A stretch of DNA of 64,000 nt. It comes from Marsupella aquatica. Taxonomy: Eukaryota > Plantae > Marchantiophyta. The notes under the pieces are model-generated. The model saw nothing but the letters and a program-made list of their open reading frames with translations, was not told where the DNA came from and searched no databases. Where the stretch lies: the NCBI GenBank assembly GCA_973895155.1, contig OZ316896.1:20386754-20450753 (forward strand), given 5' to 3'. Positions 49,549 to 61,677 of this stretch are shown piece by piece; position 1 is the stretch's first letter; each line of letters begins with the position of its first letter. The position numbers were made by a program, and so were the translations under genes.

Positions 49549-50340
49549 ACCCAAACCCTACCCTAAACCCAAACCATGAAATGAAACCCTTCATTAAAAC
49601 CTAACCCAAATCCCTCAATCACCCTAAACCCTTACCCTTATCCTAACCAATACCCAAATCCCTCATTAAAAATTCAAACCTTTACCCTAAACCCAAACCC
49701 CTACCCTAAACCCAAACCATGAAATGAAACCCTTCATTAAAACCTAACCCAAATCCCTCAAGCACCCTAAACCCTTACCCTTATCCTAACCAATACCCAA
49801 ATCCCTCATTAAAATTTCAAACCTTTACCCTAAACCCAACCCAAATCCCCCAATTACATATAAAACTCTTACCCTATCTACACCTTACTTTACCTATATA
49901 GGCCAACCCCCACCCCTATAGTTATTCTAAACTTCACCCTAACCCCTAAATTGAGGCCCTTTTTTAAAACTTAAGCAAAAATTGTACCCCCTCAATTAGA
50001 ACCAAATCCAACCCTATATCATGTTACACCCCAACCCAAACACTTACATTAGAAACCCAACCCCTTTAAAAAACCACAATTAAACCCCCCAACTAAAAAC
50101 CAAACCCAATCCCTTTAAAAAACAACCACAATTCAACCCCTCAACTAAAACCAAACCCAACCCCTGTAATTACTCACAACCTAATGCAAACCTCTACCTT
50201 GAACCCTAAGCCAAACCCATTAATTTAAACCCAACCCTTTTATTCCAACCTAACCCAAGTTTTAACCCCCTTAATTAAACCAAATACTCCTAGATTAAAA
50301 CCAAATATAAACCTAACCTTTAATTAAACCCAAACCTTTG
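49549..50340. repeat. AAACCC(T)-rich telomere-like tract including a 2 x ~143-bp tandem duplication (~49558-49840)
   Basis: CTACCCTAAACCCAAACCATGAAATGAAACCCTTCATT... occurs at ~49558 and ~49701. The + strand is nearly G-free. Confidence 0.8.
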
Positions 50341-51014
50341 TTAACTTATATTCTAGTTATCCTTACAACCCAAACATCCATTGACACCCCTTCCATGTTA
50401 ACTTATGGGCACTTAACATACCTTAAATGTCGTTTGACAAACCTTAATAGCCGTTTGACACCCCAAAGTGTTTTCCAACCCTAAACCGATAAGACCTGCC
50501 TCGCAAATTATTTCACAAGTTAGAGAATATTTTTGCGAACCTAAGACCTTCGCACTTGCTTCGCAAAAACAGAGGCCGAGAACAATTTTTTGGGTCTTCT
50601 GCGGGTTGCGATGGCTTTGCGAAGGGAATAGATTCAGAAGTGCCTCGCAAGTTGCGAGACTATTTGTGAGGGCGCGGGCTTCACAGTTTCCCATGCGTAT
50701 GTCATCGCAAACCCGTTTTTGAACGGCGTAAACATCGGCGGGAGCTCGCATTCGGGCTCATTTCAGTTTTTGAGCGAGACGAGAAGGGACGGGGCGCGCG
50801 CAACAGTACGAGGGAGACTGTGAGAGAGGGGAGCTATGGCTACCGGTAAGGGGAGTGGAGGGCAAGGTGGTAGTGGTAGTGGTAGTGGCAATGGGGGAAA
50901 TCCAGAGAAAGAGAAGAATGCCTGGGCAGACTTAGTGGCCCAACATCTCAGTGCTGCACAATTGGGAGAAGTGAATCTCAATTCTCCAGCAGGGCTTGCC
51001 TCTTTGAGTGCCAT

Positions 51015-54000
51015 TGTGAGTATTGGGTAATACCGAAAACCTGAAATTACTGAAAAATTTAAACTTTTTACAGTATTTAAGCCTGCTGTTGCTGTTAAAA
51101 TGCCAAGTGTAAATTACGGGTTTACGCTGTTACGGGTTTACGGGTTTATGCTGTTACGGGTTTACGGGTTTACGCTGTTACGAGTTTACGCCAATACGGG
51201 ATTACGGCTTACGCCTTACGCGTTTAAGGAAAGTTCACGTTACGGCGCTACGGCTAACTTCGCAACGGGACTTAGAAACGGATTGGGGACTTCATACCTT
51301 GATAGGAATCAAGCACAGAGTTCAGGCGCTCACTCCTGTATTTTCACCACCCCTATTCACTTGCTCTTTCTCTTCGAAAGCAACCTTCGCAGCAAGCAAA
51401 TCACCGTTGCAGCTATGGCGAACCTGGGTGCTGAGGAATAGTATCAAACTGAAGCTCTAGCAGTCTCAAAAGTAGTGGCAGCTCGCATACCACGAGCGCC
51501 TGATAGTCTTTCTAATTTACAAGACTCTTTACAGCACTTAGGATTGGAGCGCTTGCTCAGGATCCCCTGGAATGTCGAGCTCGACTCCTACTTGCAGGAT
51601 TTTGTGAAGGGGACTATCATCCCGATTGAATTCAGGCAAACGATTCGAGCTCACCCCAGCCTGTGGACTGTTGAGCAAATTGCTTACGCCTTTGGATGCC
51701 CGTCAGAAGGAGAGGCGTTATATTCCAAGAAGCAGGACTTATCTGCTCCATACTTCTCAGGAACTCGAAATGCCAAGAATGGTTGGAACTTGTCCCAGTG
51801 TACTTATCCTGAATTGAGAGTGCTCATGGAATTTCTGGTACCCATTCTTCATCCGAAAAAGCCAACTCTCTGTCCTGTGGCCTTGGCTAACACCATTGTA
51901 GCTGCTCATAGTGGAGCTATAAAAGTAAATTGGGCCCTACTTCTGTTTAATGTAATGAAGGATCAAGTAAGGAGCTTGGAAGCAGGGAGGACCACTTGCT
52001 TACAGAATTATCTCTCTCAGCTCTATTATACTCATGACTGTTTATATCTGGAGGAAGAGACAGAGAGGGGGTTACTCCTGATTGACTTGGGTATTGAAGA
52101 AGAAATTCCTATGGAGGACATTGTACATGTCACCCCATTGAATTCGAATGATAAGAACGTTGAGGAGAATGCTGATGTTCCTATGGAGGATACTTCATTA
52201 GAAATCCCTACACATTCTCCTATGCATAGCAGGGAAGTTGTTTGCCAATCAATAAGTAATGAGAATTTCCCTAGCCGGACTATGGATGCAGATCCACTAG
52301 AAGCTGAAGAAGTAAGGAGCATTCATCAACAAGACGATGATGCTACACCAACTGATGCTGCTCCTCATGAGACCACCAGGTCCACTCCTTCGAAGGCAGA
52401 GTCGAATCAGCAGCTTATTGATAAGTTGATATCTCTCCTCAGTTGTAGTGATGATGGACTATATGATGCTGTTAATAATTTGAGAATGGAGGCTGTTAGT
52501 TTAGGATCACCATTTCATGATCAGCTAAGCCCTGTCAGAATAACCTTTCCCCCAAGAGAACCAGCACCAATGGAGTTTGTGATCTGTACTCTTGTCACTG
52601 TACACCCCCCTCCCCTAGAAACAAGTGAGCCCATTCCAGTAACAGATAGTATCAGCTGTGTGGCTATTGTGGATGACTTGTTAGAACTACTACAGTGTGA
52701 ACCTCGACAGATAGCATCTGTGGTCCGCAACTTGGTCCAACAATGTCCAACTGCTAGTCCTACTTCTAGCCCAGGTTCACAACCTTACAGCCCTGATTCC
52801 AACTACGAACCCACAGAAGGACCCACCTACAATCGGTCACAATATGAGCACCCTTTTGACAGAGAAGATCTACCTGAAGACTCTGATCCACCCTCAGATG
52901 GTGAAACTTATAGATCTTATGATAATTCTCTTGAGTCATCCCCAAGGCAGGGATTTGAAGATGTTGATACTGCCTTAAGATCCAATCCAAACTTAGTAGC
53001 AGTTGTCACTTCATCTACTCAAACACCTCGGAATGCCACCATCGAGAGTAGATACCCGAGACATCCCGAGTCCCAAGTGCACAGGTATGTGGAGACCTGT
53101 AAGATTATGCAGGCCAACAGACCACCGGTTGGAGAATTTTGGAAATACTACTATCTCAAGAAGACAGAGCCCAGTTATATCTTCGACCTCAGGTGTTTTG
53201 GAACTTCCAGACTGGAGATGGCACAATTCGATGAGTTCTGGACTGACTCTCTCTATTTCCGACCCATTCTTGCTGTGATGCTACTTCAAGGAGATGTGGA
53301 GGTGGAGGATTCAGATTTAGTTCTGGCATATTTTGGAAATTTGGCAGCTTATGCCCTAGATTTTGTGGTTTCTTTTCTCATGCAGAGTAAGAAATCTACT
53401 TCTCCCCAGAACGCTTACCTTCCTCGAGAGCCCAAGGTTACCCTTGTTTCAACCAGTTCATTAGCTGAGAAACAGAGAATCTGGAACAATGTCACCTCTC
53501 AAACTCTGGCCAACTTCAATCGGTATTTCAGAGATGTCAAATGGAGGCTTCACCCTTTCTATTCCAGGATGCTGAACTCTGATGAATTTCTATACCATTA
53601 TCCCCAAGTATATGCTGCTACTTGCAATAATTATGACGTGATTGGGATATATAGAGAAGCTCTTTGAATAGACATATGTTATCTAAGGAGAAGAATGCCC
53701 CTGATGTATCCTGAAAGGCAATTGAGATGCCTACCCTACTCTCGAGGATCCCCACGCCAGGCTGAGCTGATGGAAGTTACTCAAGCTCGGACTGTTACCC
53801 TCGTGGAGCTACTCGAACCAGAAGATATCCGACAACAAGCTTGAGGCAGAATCTAAGTCTTTTTAGTTAAGTTTTAAGAATAGTGCATCTTTCCCTATTT
53901 TTCAAAATGTGTTATAGAGCTTTAAAAGCTATGAAACTTATTTAGTGTGTAGCCTGTACCTAGGAAAACCTACTGGCAAAATTTCAGAATTTTCCGAGCC

Positions 54001-55044
54001 AGGAGTAGAAAGTTAAAAATAGTTGAATTTGGTAAGTCTTTAAGTCTACCGCATTCACCAGATTACGCCTTTACGTTTTTACGCTTTTACGCGATTACGT
54101 CTTTACGCTTTTACGCTTTTACGGGTTCTTACTTAGCCATTTCCCGGCTTTTCACTTACTGAATCGCTGTTTTGACTTTTTGAGGACTATGAAGAGGCAT
54201 GTCTCTTCGACCCTATGACCTCTTACCCTATAGGATTTTACTATAAGACCCCTCCACCACTAGTGTAGAAGTATGGTAAAGTCTAGCAATTTTTGCCTTT
54301 CCTTGGTGTTCTGCCAGTTGATCATGAATGTTAAGAGTTCGAGATCAAGCTTGACACCAGGAGAAGACTTTCCTCCTTCTTGTGGTTTAATTCTTTGAAT
54401 AAATCATAGGAAGTAAAATTCCTTTTGTGCAAATCTTTTGAGTTGTGATGACAGATTCCTTGTTGGTGACTCATTGCAATCTCCTGAGTTCTTAAAGTTA
54501 ACTCATTGAGTTTAAGTCTCATTGAAATTGATGGATTTTCTTTCATGTTGCTTAGTACCATCTAAATGTTGAAGTAGCCACTCTTTTAGATCTTATCTGA
54601 GTACCACTTAGAAAGAAAGGATAAGACATGCTGACGACATTTTAAAAGGTACTCTAGTAAGCAATTTAGATCTGAAAAGCAATATGGATTTGAAACCTTA
54701 AGTCTTTTCATTTTGACTTATGTCTAAGGAGTAACCTTGGTCTATTCCAGACTCCCTTAGCGTACTTTGAGATTATTTTCTCTTGTGTTTTGTTAATCAT
54801 TCCTTTTTCATTAATTTATGGTTACCCAATGCTGAGTTATCATTGAAAACTACTCACCGCTGTGGAGCGATCTTCAAAATACCTTATTAAAGTAATCAAT
54901 TCTGATTACTATGTGTTAAAGAGAGTTCTTAAATTCTCATTTGTGTTTTTATGTATCAAACCAACCCCATCTTGTTCTTTACGGGAACGAATACCGAGTT
55001 TGAAGACCTTTAAGTGTGTTTTTGGTTCTTCATAGCAAACTACA
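51015..55044. mobile_element. 4.0-kb TG..CA insertion (probable ORF-bearing solo LTR or LTR derivative); TSD imperfect
   Basis: TGTGAGTATT...AAACTACA. Removing it restores SAI-LGQVLQTG of the TnpA-like gene. The flanks GCCAT and TGATT are not a clean 5-bp TSD. TTACG micro-repeat arrays lie at ~51113-51250 and ~54062-54125. Confidence 0.7.
51415..53844 (+). pseudogene. Retrotransposon accessory ORF (~800 codons) with two in-frame stops (51439-51441, 53665-53667)
   Basis: 730-aa open stretch 51475-53667. The frame is continuous from ATG 51415 and on to TGA 53844. N-terminus LGLERLLRIPW..TIRAHPSLWT..EFLVPILHPKKP..VNWA resembles hypothetical TE proteins I recall from liverworts (not verified). 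Confidence 0.6.
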
Positions 55045-57692
55045 TGATTCTTGGACAGGTTTTGCAAACTGGGATTGTAGCAGGACAAGCTACTAGAGAG
55101 GGGGAGGAGAGGGCCGCAGCTGAAGAGAAGGCTAGAGAGAAAAAAAGGAAGAGAGAGGAAAGAACTAAGTCGGGAGTTGCCTCTCCTCAAGCCCTAGAGA
55201 AGCAGAAGAGAAGAGAGGAGAGAGATTCAATTCGAAAACAGAGGGAGGAGCAACGTTAGAAAGAGGAAGCAAGAAAAAAACTTCCATTCATTGCCTTGGA
55301 GACGAGTGGGACTCCAACTGAGCTAGCATATGCAGGGGCTAAGAGCACAATCAAGCAGATTATCACAAGCAATTTCTCACGAGGCATGCAGTGGGGGAAG
55401 ATTGAGAAGGCAGAGCGAAAGAGGGTCATCAACCAAATCAAGGATGCATTTCGCAATGGGCCTGACATAGATGAGCAATGGTTGGCAGATAAGATTTCAA
55501 ATTCTCTGTCCCAAATGCGATACCATGACAGGATGAAGATTAGAGCCCACCTGAAAGACTTGAGATCATACAGGAACTTGCGCAGACCCCTCCACTTCAC
55601 CGAGGACATCTGGAATTCGTTTTACAAGATTGAGGTGCAAATTAAGGCAGCTCACGAGTTGGAAGAGTGGAAGGGCAATCTAGATCGAGCCTTGAAAGCA
55701 AAGGGGGCCGGGAAGCTCCCCCCTGACCACGACCTGAAGCCACTTGAGCAGAAGGTAGCTGAGATGCAGAAGGTGGCCGACCAGGAGGGAAAGCCACCCA
55801 AGCGTTTCACAGATGCAGCCAAACGAGTGAAATCCACCCCCAATCCAGTCCACAAGTTGGGTCAAGGCGGGCTCCCCGGCCTCAAGTCACACTTTGTGAG
55901 TGCCTCTTGCTCCTCCCTAACCTCTCTATTCCTTTCAGAGTTGTGCAATGCAAGTGAATGACATCCCCGAAGGTTCTTGCTGTTGTGCATGCTTGCTTGG
56001 TTACTAGTTTAGGGCAACTCTGACACTTAGAATTTCTGGCAAATTTTTAAAAACTCTCGGGAACACAGTTTGCGAAGGTGTTGCGATGCGTATTTGTTCG
56101 CAAACCCCTCGCAAAGTCTATCATAGACTTTTTCCATTTCAATTTTCCGATGCCTTTGCGAACAAATGCGCATCGCAAACTCCATCGCAACGCCTTCGCA
56201 AAAAAAGGTGGTTTGCAAGTTGCTATGCTTATAGGTTCGCAAATTTGAATTTTAAATTATTTTTGGGTCATGTTTAGTAGTTGAGGATTTAGGCGTCACT
56301 TGTGGCTATAGGGTATGCTTAAGGGCAAATTTAACCAATTTTAATTGGTTTTATGCATGGCAGTATCGGAGGTACAAAAGGAAGATATCAAAAAAGCATA
56401 TTGAGGTGGCGATAGAGCATGGACGAAAGTACCTCTTTGCGATGGTAGATGCCGAGTTGGCTACTGTAAGTGTCTAAGTGTGAACCATATGATTAGCATG
56501 CGAACATTGTGAGTGACCCTTTATGTCTTGCGGAAACTAATGATATGTAATGGATGCAGGATTCGGATGAGCCTGAGGGGTCGGGTGCTGATGTGACCAG
56601 TAGTGATGACGATGAGGGGGCTACTCCTGGTACTAGTGGTGCTCGGGGGGGGAGTAGTCGTGAGGTAGGTTCTTCCCACCGTGGTAGTGGTGGTAGTCGT
56701 GTGTCATCAGCACACGTTGATGACCAGGGGGAGGAGGAGGACCCTGAGGATGAGGAGGAGGAGCAGGAGGAGCCAGAGGAGCAGCAGGAGCAGGAGCAGG
56801 AGCGCCGACGGCCATCACGCACCCGTCACCAACAGGATCCCCGGAAGGATAAGGGCAAGAAGCCAGCCAAGAAGCCAACCAAGAGGAGCCGCAAGAGCCC
56901 ATTCTAGTTATTTTGTAGAGATACATGCATGAGAGTGACTTGTCATGCCGGAGCTTAGGGTAGGAAGAGGCAGCATAGGTTTAGAAGGGCGGACCTAGCA
57001 TCAGATATTTCCCCCCTCTTGTCCATGTATAGGGTTCTTTGAAGCCCTATCATTTTGTTCATGCTTTTCCATTTTATAAAACAACAATTTTGCCTTCCAC
57101 ATTGGGTTCCAAGGAAAACCCCTCGCAAATAATGTATTGAATCCTGTGTGATCATAATTTTGCGAACCCTTTAAGAACTCATTCCCATCGCACAATATTA
57201 ACCCCAAGGCGTCGCACTTTTTGAGTCAATTAACTTCAAAACTTCAGATCCAAATATGTCGGGTTTTTGTGATACTTCTAGGATCGCACTTTCCTAATCG
57301 CAACCGTTCACAAACTTCTGAAATCACCGGTATCGCTCTTTGTCATACAATCCCCATCAAAACAATTGAACCAGTATCAATCGCAAATATGATGCGATGG
57401 TAAATCCGTCTCAAATATTGACGCCCGCGCGGGACGTGTGCGTGTATGTTTGCGAACCTTATGCGACGTATAATGGATCGCAGAAGTATTGAATATTGCG
57501 AACCTCTCAGCTTCTCAGTTTGCCATGATGTTGCGATGCCGTTGCGATGGTCCGCGTGCAAAGTTATTAGGTTTGCAAAGTGCGAAGGGGGTGCGATGCG
57601 TGTATGTTTGCAATAGCCAGAATTATGAAAATCAGGGGCTTGTTAGTTGCGATGAGATTGTCTTCGCAAAACCGGCCGATAGTGTTGTAGTG

Positions 57693-58693
57693 GGCATGGT
57701 CCTTATTGAACATCCTATATACCAAAACTGCAGAAGGTGAATCTATACTAGTGACAGGAATGTCAAAAGTTTCATTCATGCCAAATGTGTAATACTCCTC
57801 AATCTCCTTAAGAACTTCGACTCCTTCTTTAACGCTCTTTTCACCCGGAGCATCTCCTGGAGTGCCATCATCATCGGTATGTACAATCACACCTGAAGAA
57901 GATGCCGGAATGAGATCTACCTTTACAGGAGCAGACTTTTTCTTAGGTGGAGCCTTCTTCGAACCGCTTTCAGGTTTCTCAACCCTTTTCCTCTTTTGCG
58001 CCACCTTTACCTCCTTCTTGTCCGAGCCTGACATCTTATCACCTGCAGCTCCTGATTTCCCTTTACCTGTTTGTCTCCGATGAGACAACACCCACTTCTT
58101 GCACCCTTCCTCGTCAAATTCACCAGCTCCAAAAACAAAATCAGGGGAAATGGATTGAAACTCTCCCACCTTGGAATCTGACATTATTCTCAAAACCTTC
58201 CAAGTGAAAGGAGTCGTGAATTCATTGTCATGATCAAAACCGTATTTCCGGCAATACAAGAATCCAAAAATTATATCTGCCCCAGTCATTTTGGACTCTT
58301 CCAACAAATTACTGGCAGTAAATCCATCGGGGAAGAATCCCATTGGTATCACGCTCAGTTGTTTCCTAGCAGCACGTTCAATATCTTATCGCACGAGTAG
58401 TTCTTGGAGTGAAGCCTAATGAGAGCCCATTTCCCAGTCTCATGGTTCTCCACCGTCAAGACCATGTCCTTACCATTACTTGTGACAATGGAAACAACAG
58501 GCCCAAGTAAGCTGCAAACTAGAGGTTCGGTAGATGGAGACCGCGTCTTCAAACAAATAACTGACCCCTCCATCTCCTCAATTTCAGCTAGCTCAATGGC
58601 CCAACAGAATCCTATATCAGTTTGTCCACGGCACAAAACCTCAAGGGCATGTTCATCTTCAACAATCAAATTGGGCGATCCCAATTTTGCACC
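57693..58693 (-). pseudogene. Cargo-gene upstream coding region, including the 5' half of the ParB-like domain
   Basis: ORF 58352 to 57693 ends TFDIPVTSIDSPSAVLVYRMFNKDHA exactly at the CACTA-2 TSD and continues in frame at 43776. Frameshift near 58385. Further degenerate exons probably extend to ~60200. Confidence 0.7.
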
Positions 58694-58976
58694 TGGAAAA
58701 AATGAAAAATAGACCAATTGTCAGAATCACAGAAACGAGAAATCCCGTAAGAGGCTCGAGATGATCTCGAGCTTCCCTCACCCATTAACATAGTTGAACT
58801 CAAATAAGTACAAAACTGTTGTTTCATGGCCAGATGTATTTGGGGGGAGGAATTGATTCTAAAATATCATAAACCCAACTACCAATCACCTTTTTGAACC
58901 CCAATCATCAATGGAAACGAGTTGGAGGGTATTTCGCAATCTACAGAGGCTAGGGCAAGCATGGAATACAATGGAA

Positions 58977-59700
58977 GCTCGAGATGATCTCGACCCTAAA
59001 TTTGTGAACAATACTTTAGAAATAGAATACAGGAAGAGTCAATCATGGCTAAACAGTCAACATTATCTAAATCTCTGCATTATCATATTTCATCATAGGA
59101 AAACATCGATTCTCAATTATGAGAATCTCCATCGAATACGAACATCATACTCAAAGGTTGACCAAGCTTACGTCTAACACCGGCTTCAAAAACTCTCTAA
59201 CTCGGGATGATTTCCATGATCAGAACGAGTTGGAGAGTACAGAAGTCGTTGACAGAAGCAAGCTTGGTCGACTTCCGATAGGATGTTGGTTTTCGACAGA
59301 CGTGGTCTTCCATACGCAAAAAATCTGACAAGGCAAAAAGTTAGTACACTGTTGATGAATTGGATATTTTAATACTTGGGTCGAGATGATCTCGACCCAA
59401 GTCTCTAAAAGTTAGAATACAGAGACTCACAGTGGCATTCGTTCACCGTTAACTAAATCTTTGCATTATTATGTTTCTTCACTGAAGACATTGATTCTCA
59501 AATATGATCGATCGAATACGAACAACATACTCAAAAGTTGTCCAATTTTACCTCTAGAAAAGGCTTCAAAAACTCTCTAACTCAGGATGATTTCCATGAT
59601 CAGAACAAGTTGGAGAGTACAAAAGTCGTTTTTAGAAGAAAGTTTGGACGACTTTCGATATGATGTTGGTTTCCAAAGGATATTGTTTTCCATCGGAAAT
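58977..59700. repeat. Diverged direct duplication with ~390-bp period
   Basis: GGCTTCAAAAACTCTCTAACTC(G/A)GGATGATTTCCATGATCAGAAC(G/A)AGTTGGAGAGTAC at ~59181 and ~59561. Each unit begins near a palindrome (58977, 59379). Confidence 0.85.
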
Positions 59701-61350
59701 AACAAAACATCCGTCAAATACGAACAGCATATTCAATAGGACTCTAAATCTGCCTTTTCCATAATCCCTTTTGGATATGCTGTTAGTATTTGACAGATAC
59801 AACATGACAAATACCACAATCTGATAGATACATCAATATGAAAATGACAGAAACCTCTTAACTTTATGGATATTAGGCTCGAGATGATCTCGAGCCTAAT
59901 CTCAATTACAAACGATAAACTTGTTCACTTCGAAGCCACCTCTTGAAGCAAAGTAATGTAGAAAATATCAATCAGCTCGAGATGATCTAGACCCTCAAGT
60001 GGATCAAAAACCAAGTATGATTTGAAGCTCGAGATGATCTCGAGCCAAACCTCCATCTAACAATGAGAAAAGATAATATATTACGTTTGATAGTGCGGTG
60101 GATGTTCTGCGATGAATCTAGAAGGGTCTAAAGCTCCATCGCTACAGTTGATGCGTCGTACTCGGCGAAGTCATCCTTGGAGAAATCTACAACGGTCGAC
60201 ATGGCTACTGGATACTGGATATTGGATACGAGATTTGGGTGATATAAGAAAAATATGATCTCGAGGCTCATAGGAAAATCTCGATCCAAACGGCTATAAA
60301 ATATCTCGAGGCTCAAAGGGGATCTTGACCCTAAACAAGTCTCGAGGGAAAAATAATGATCTAGAGGCAAAAGCGATGAAATATCTAGAGGCAGTAAGCA
60401 AGAGGCGAGTGAGGCGCGGAGGGGAGGTAGGCAGGGAGGCGAATGTACAAATGAGGGTGGCGACGTTGCGAATGTGCACTATAAGCCGCTCAGTCGGCCC
60501 TGAGTCAGGCTGGGGTGCCTGGCGATGGATGCCCGGCCACGTGCAGGATGCCACGCGCCCATGCGTGGGAGTGAATCTTGAGTTGAGTCATGATGATGGT
60601 GCTGTCACACGTACCGTCATTATTGCGGTCCGTACTTCACCCTGCCGCTAGTTCATCCCTGCCATTGGTTTGACATAGCCATTTGGTCAGGCAGGATTTT
60701 ATATATTGCTCGTTTTTCCTACCCACCGGGTCATTCTTCAGATATCGTTTCATTGCTCGCTTCCTGCTCCCCTCATTCCCTCTTCCTGCCCCTACCTCTT
60801 GCTCCCTGTTCTCTGGCTCTAGATTTGTTCTCGAATCCCTTTCTCTCTCAGTTGTTTATTTGGTTTTGGAGACATTCTCATTTGAAGCCATGAAGTTGGT
60901 CTAAAATAATTGAACCCATACCTTTTAGAATACCAAACCATTTATGCTTAAAACATTGCCACTCAGAATCCATTTGTGAACCTTTTCTCTTTTTTTTGAA
61001 GCTATTTCTCATTTCTCATTAGTCTTCTGTAAGCCTACTTTATGTATTTCAATGTCAAACTTTTACCTCTAGATCATCTAGAGCTCCTCATTCATTCCAA
61101 CATATTTTTCAATTAGAGTGTCATGTGTGGCTCGAGATCGTCTCGAGCTTTAGGTATCTTCCTGGGAATTGTCTATTTTTGTTTCTATCTCCTTTAAATT
61201 CACAAGTATTTAAGTATCTTTCCTTCTCTTGTGTGAGTTCATGCTTCTCTGAGGAGTTATTATGAGCTGTTGTTTCTATGCACTTCATAGTTCTTCTTAT
61301 AGGGTGGATTATTGATCGTGGGAAATATTGAATTCCCTCTTCATGTGGAT

Positions 61351-61580
61351 TGTCTCGAGCTGAAGACTTTTGTTAATCTATATCTCATGGTTTTTGTGGT
61401 CCATTCTTTACCTCAAGATCGTCTCGAGCTGAAGACTTTGTTAATCTATATCTCGTGGTTTTTGTGGTCCATTCTTTACCTCGAGATCATCTCGAGCTGA
61501 AGACTTTGTTAATCTATATCTTGTGGTTTTTGTGGTCCATTCTTTACCTCGAGATCGTCTCGAGCTAAAGACTTCTTAAT
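61351..61580 (+). repeat. ~68-bp tandem repeat (about 3.3 units), each carrying the element palindrome, just upstream of the transposase
   Basis: TCTCGAGCTGAAGACTTTGTTAATCTATATCTCGTGGTTTTTGTGGTCCATTCTTTACCTCGAGATC is repeated. Confidence 0.92.
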
Positions 61581-61677
61581 CTGTTACTGCTAGTTCAGTT
61601 GGTTTGTTTTTGCTAGTCACTTTACCTTGAGATCATCTCGAGGTACAACAGCTTCCTGTTTGGAACATCTTTTCTAA

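Larger units (their letters stand above)
50836..56907 (+). pseudogene. CACTA-2 TnpA/Ptta-like gene, disrupted (50836-51015, 55047-55895, 56364-56465, 56560-56907)
   Basis: Homologous exon by exon to 16766-18722. Interrupted by a 4-kb insertion and a TAG at 55257-55259. Confidence 0.8.
43780..57692. mobile_element. Full-length CACTA (EnSpm) DNA transposon, copy 2 (diverged relative of copy 1)
   Basis: 5' CACTACTACA at 43780 and 3' TGTTGTAGTG at 57683-57692. TSD GGC at 43777-43779 and 57693-57695. Same gene order as copy 1. Confidence 0.97.

Noticed and set aside
49549-50340. True or interstitial telomere
   Set aside because: Highly degenerate and located at the homologous internal position of both CACTA elements.
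51016-55058. 4-kb insert as a normal intron (GTGAGT...GACAG)
   Set aside because: ILGQ before the putative acceptor is homologous to coding sequence in copy 1, and the insert has TG..CA ends and its own ORF. Cryptic splicing is not excluded.
59700-59822. DCGIC motif suggesting a Ulp1 protease
   Set aside because: Followed by stops, and no upstream His/Asp/Gln motifs seen; too weak.
61351-61580. Regularly spaced palindromic repeats resembling a CRISPR array
   Set aside because: The intervening sequences are near-identical (plain tandem repeat), there are no cas genes, and the context is eukaryotic.
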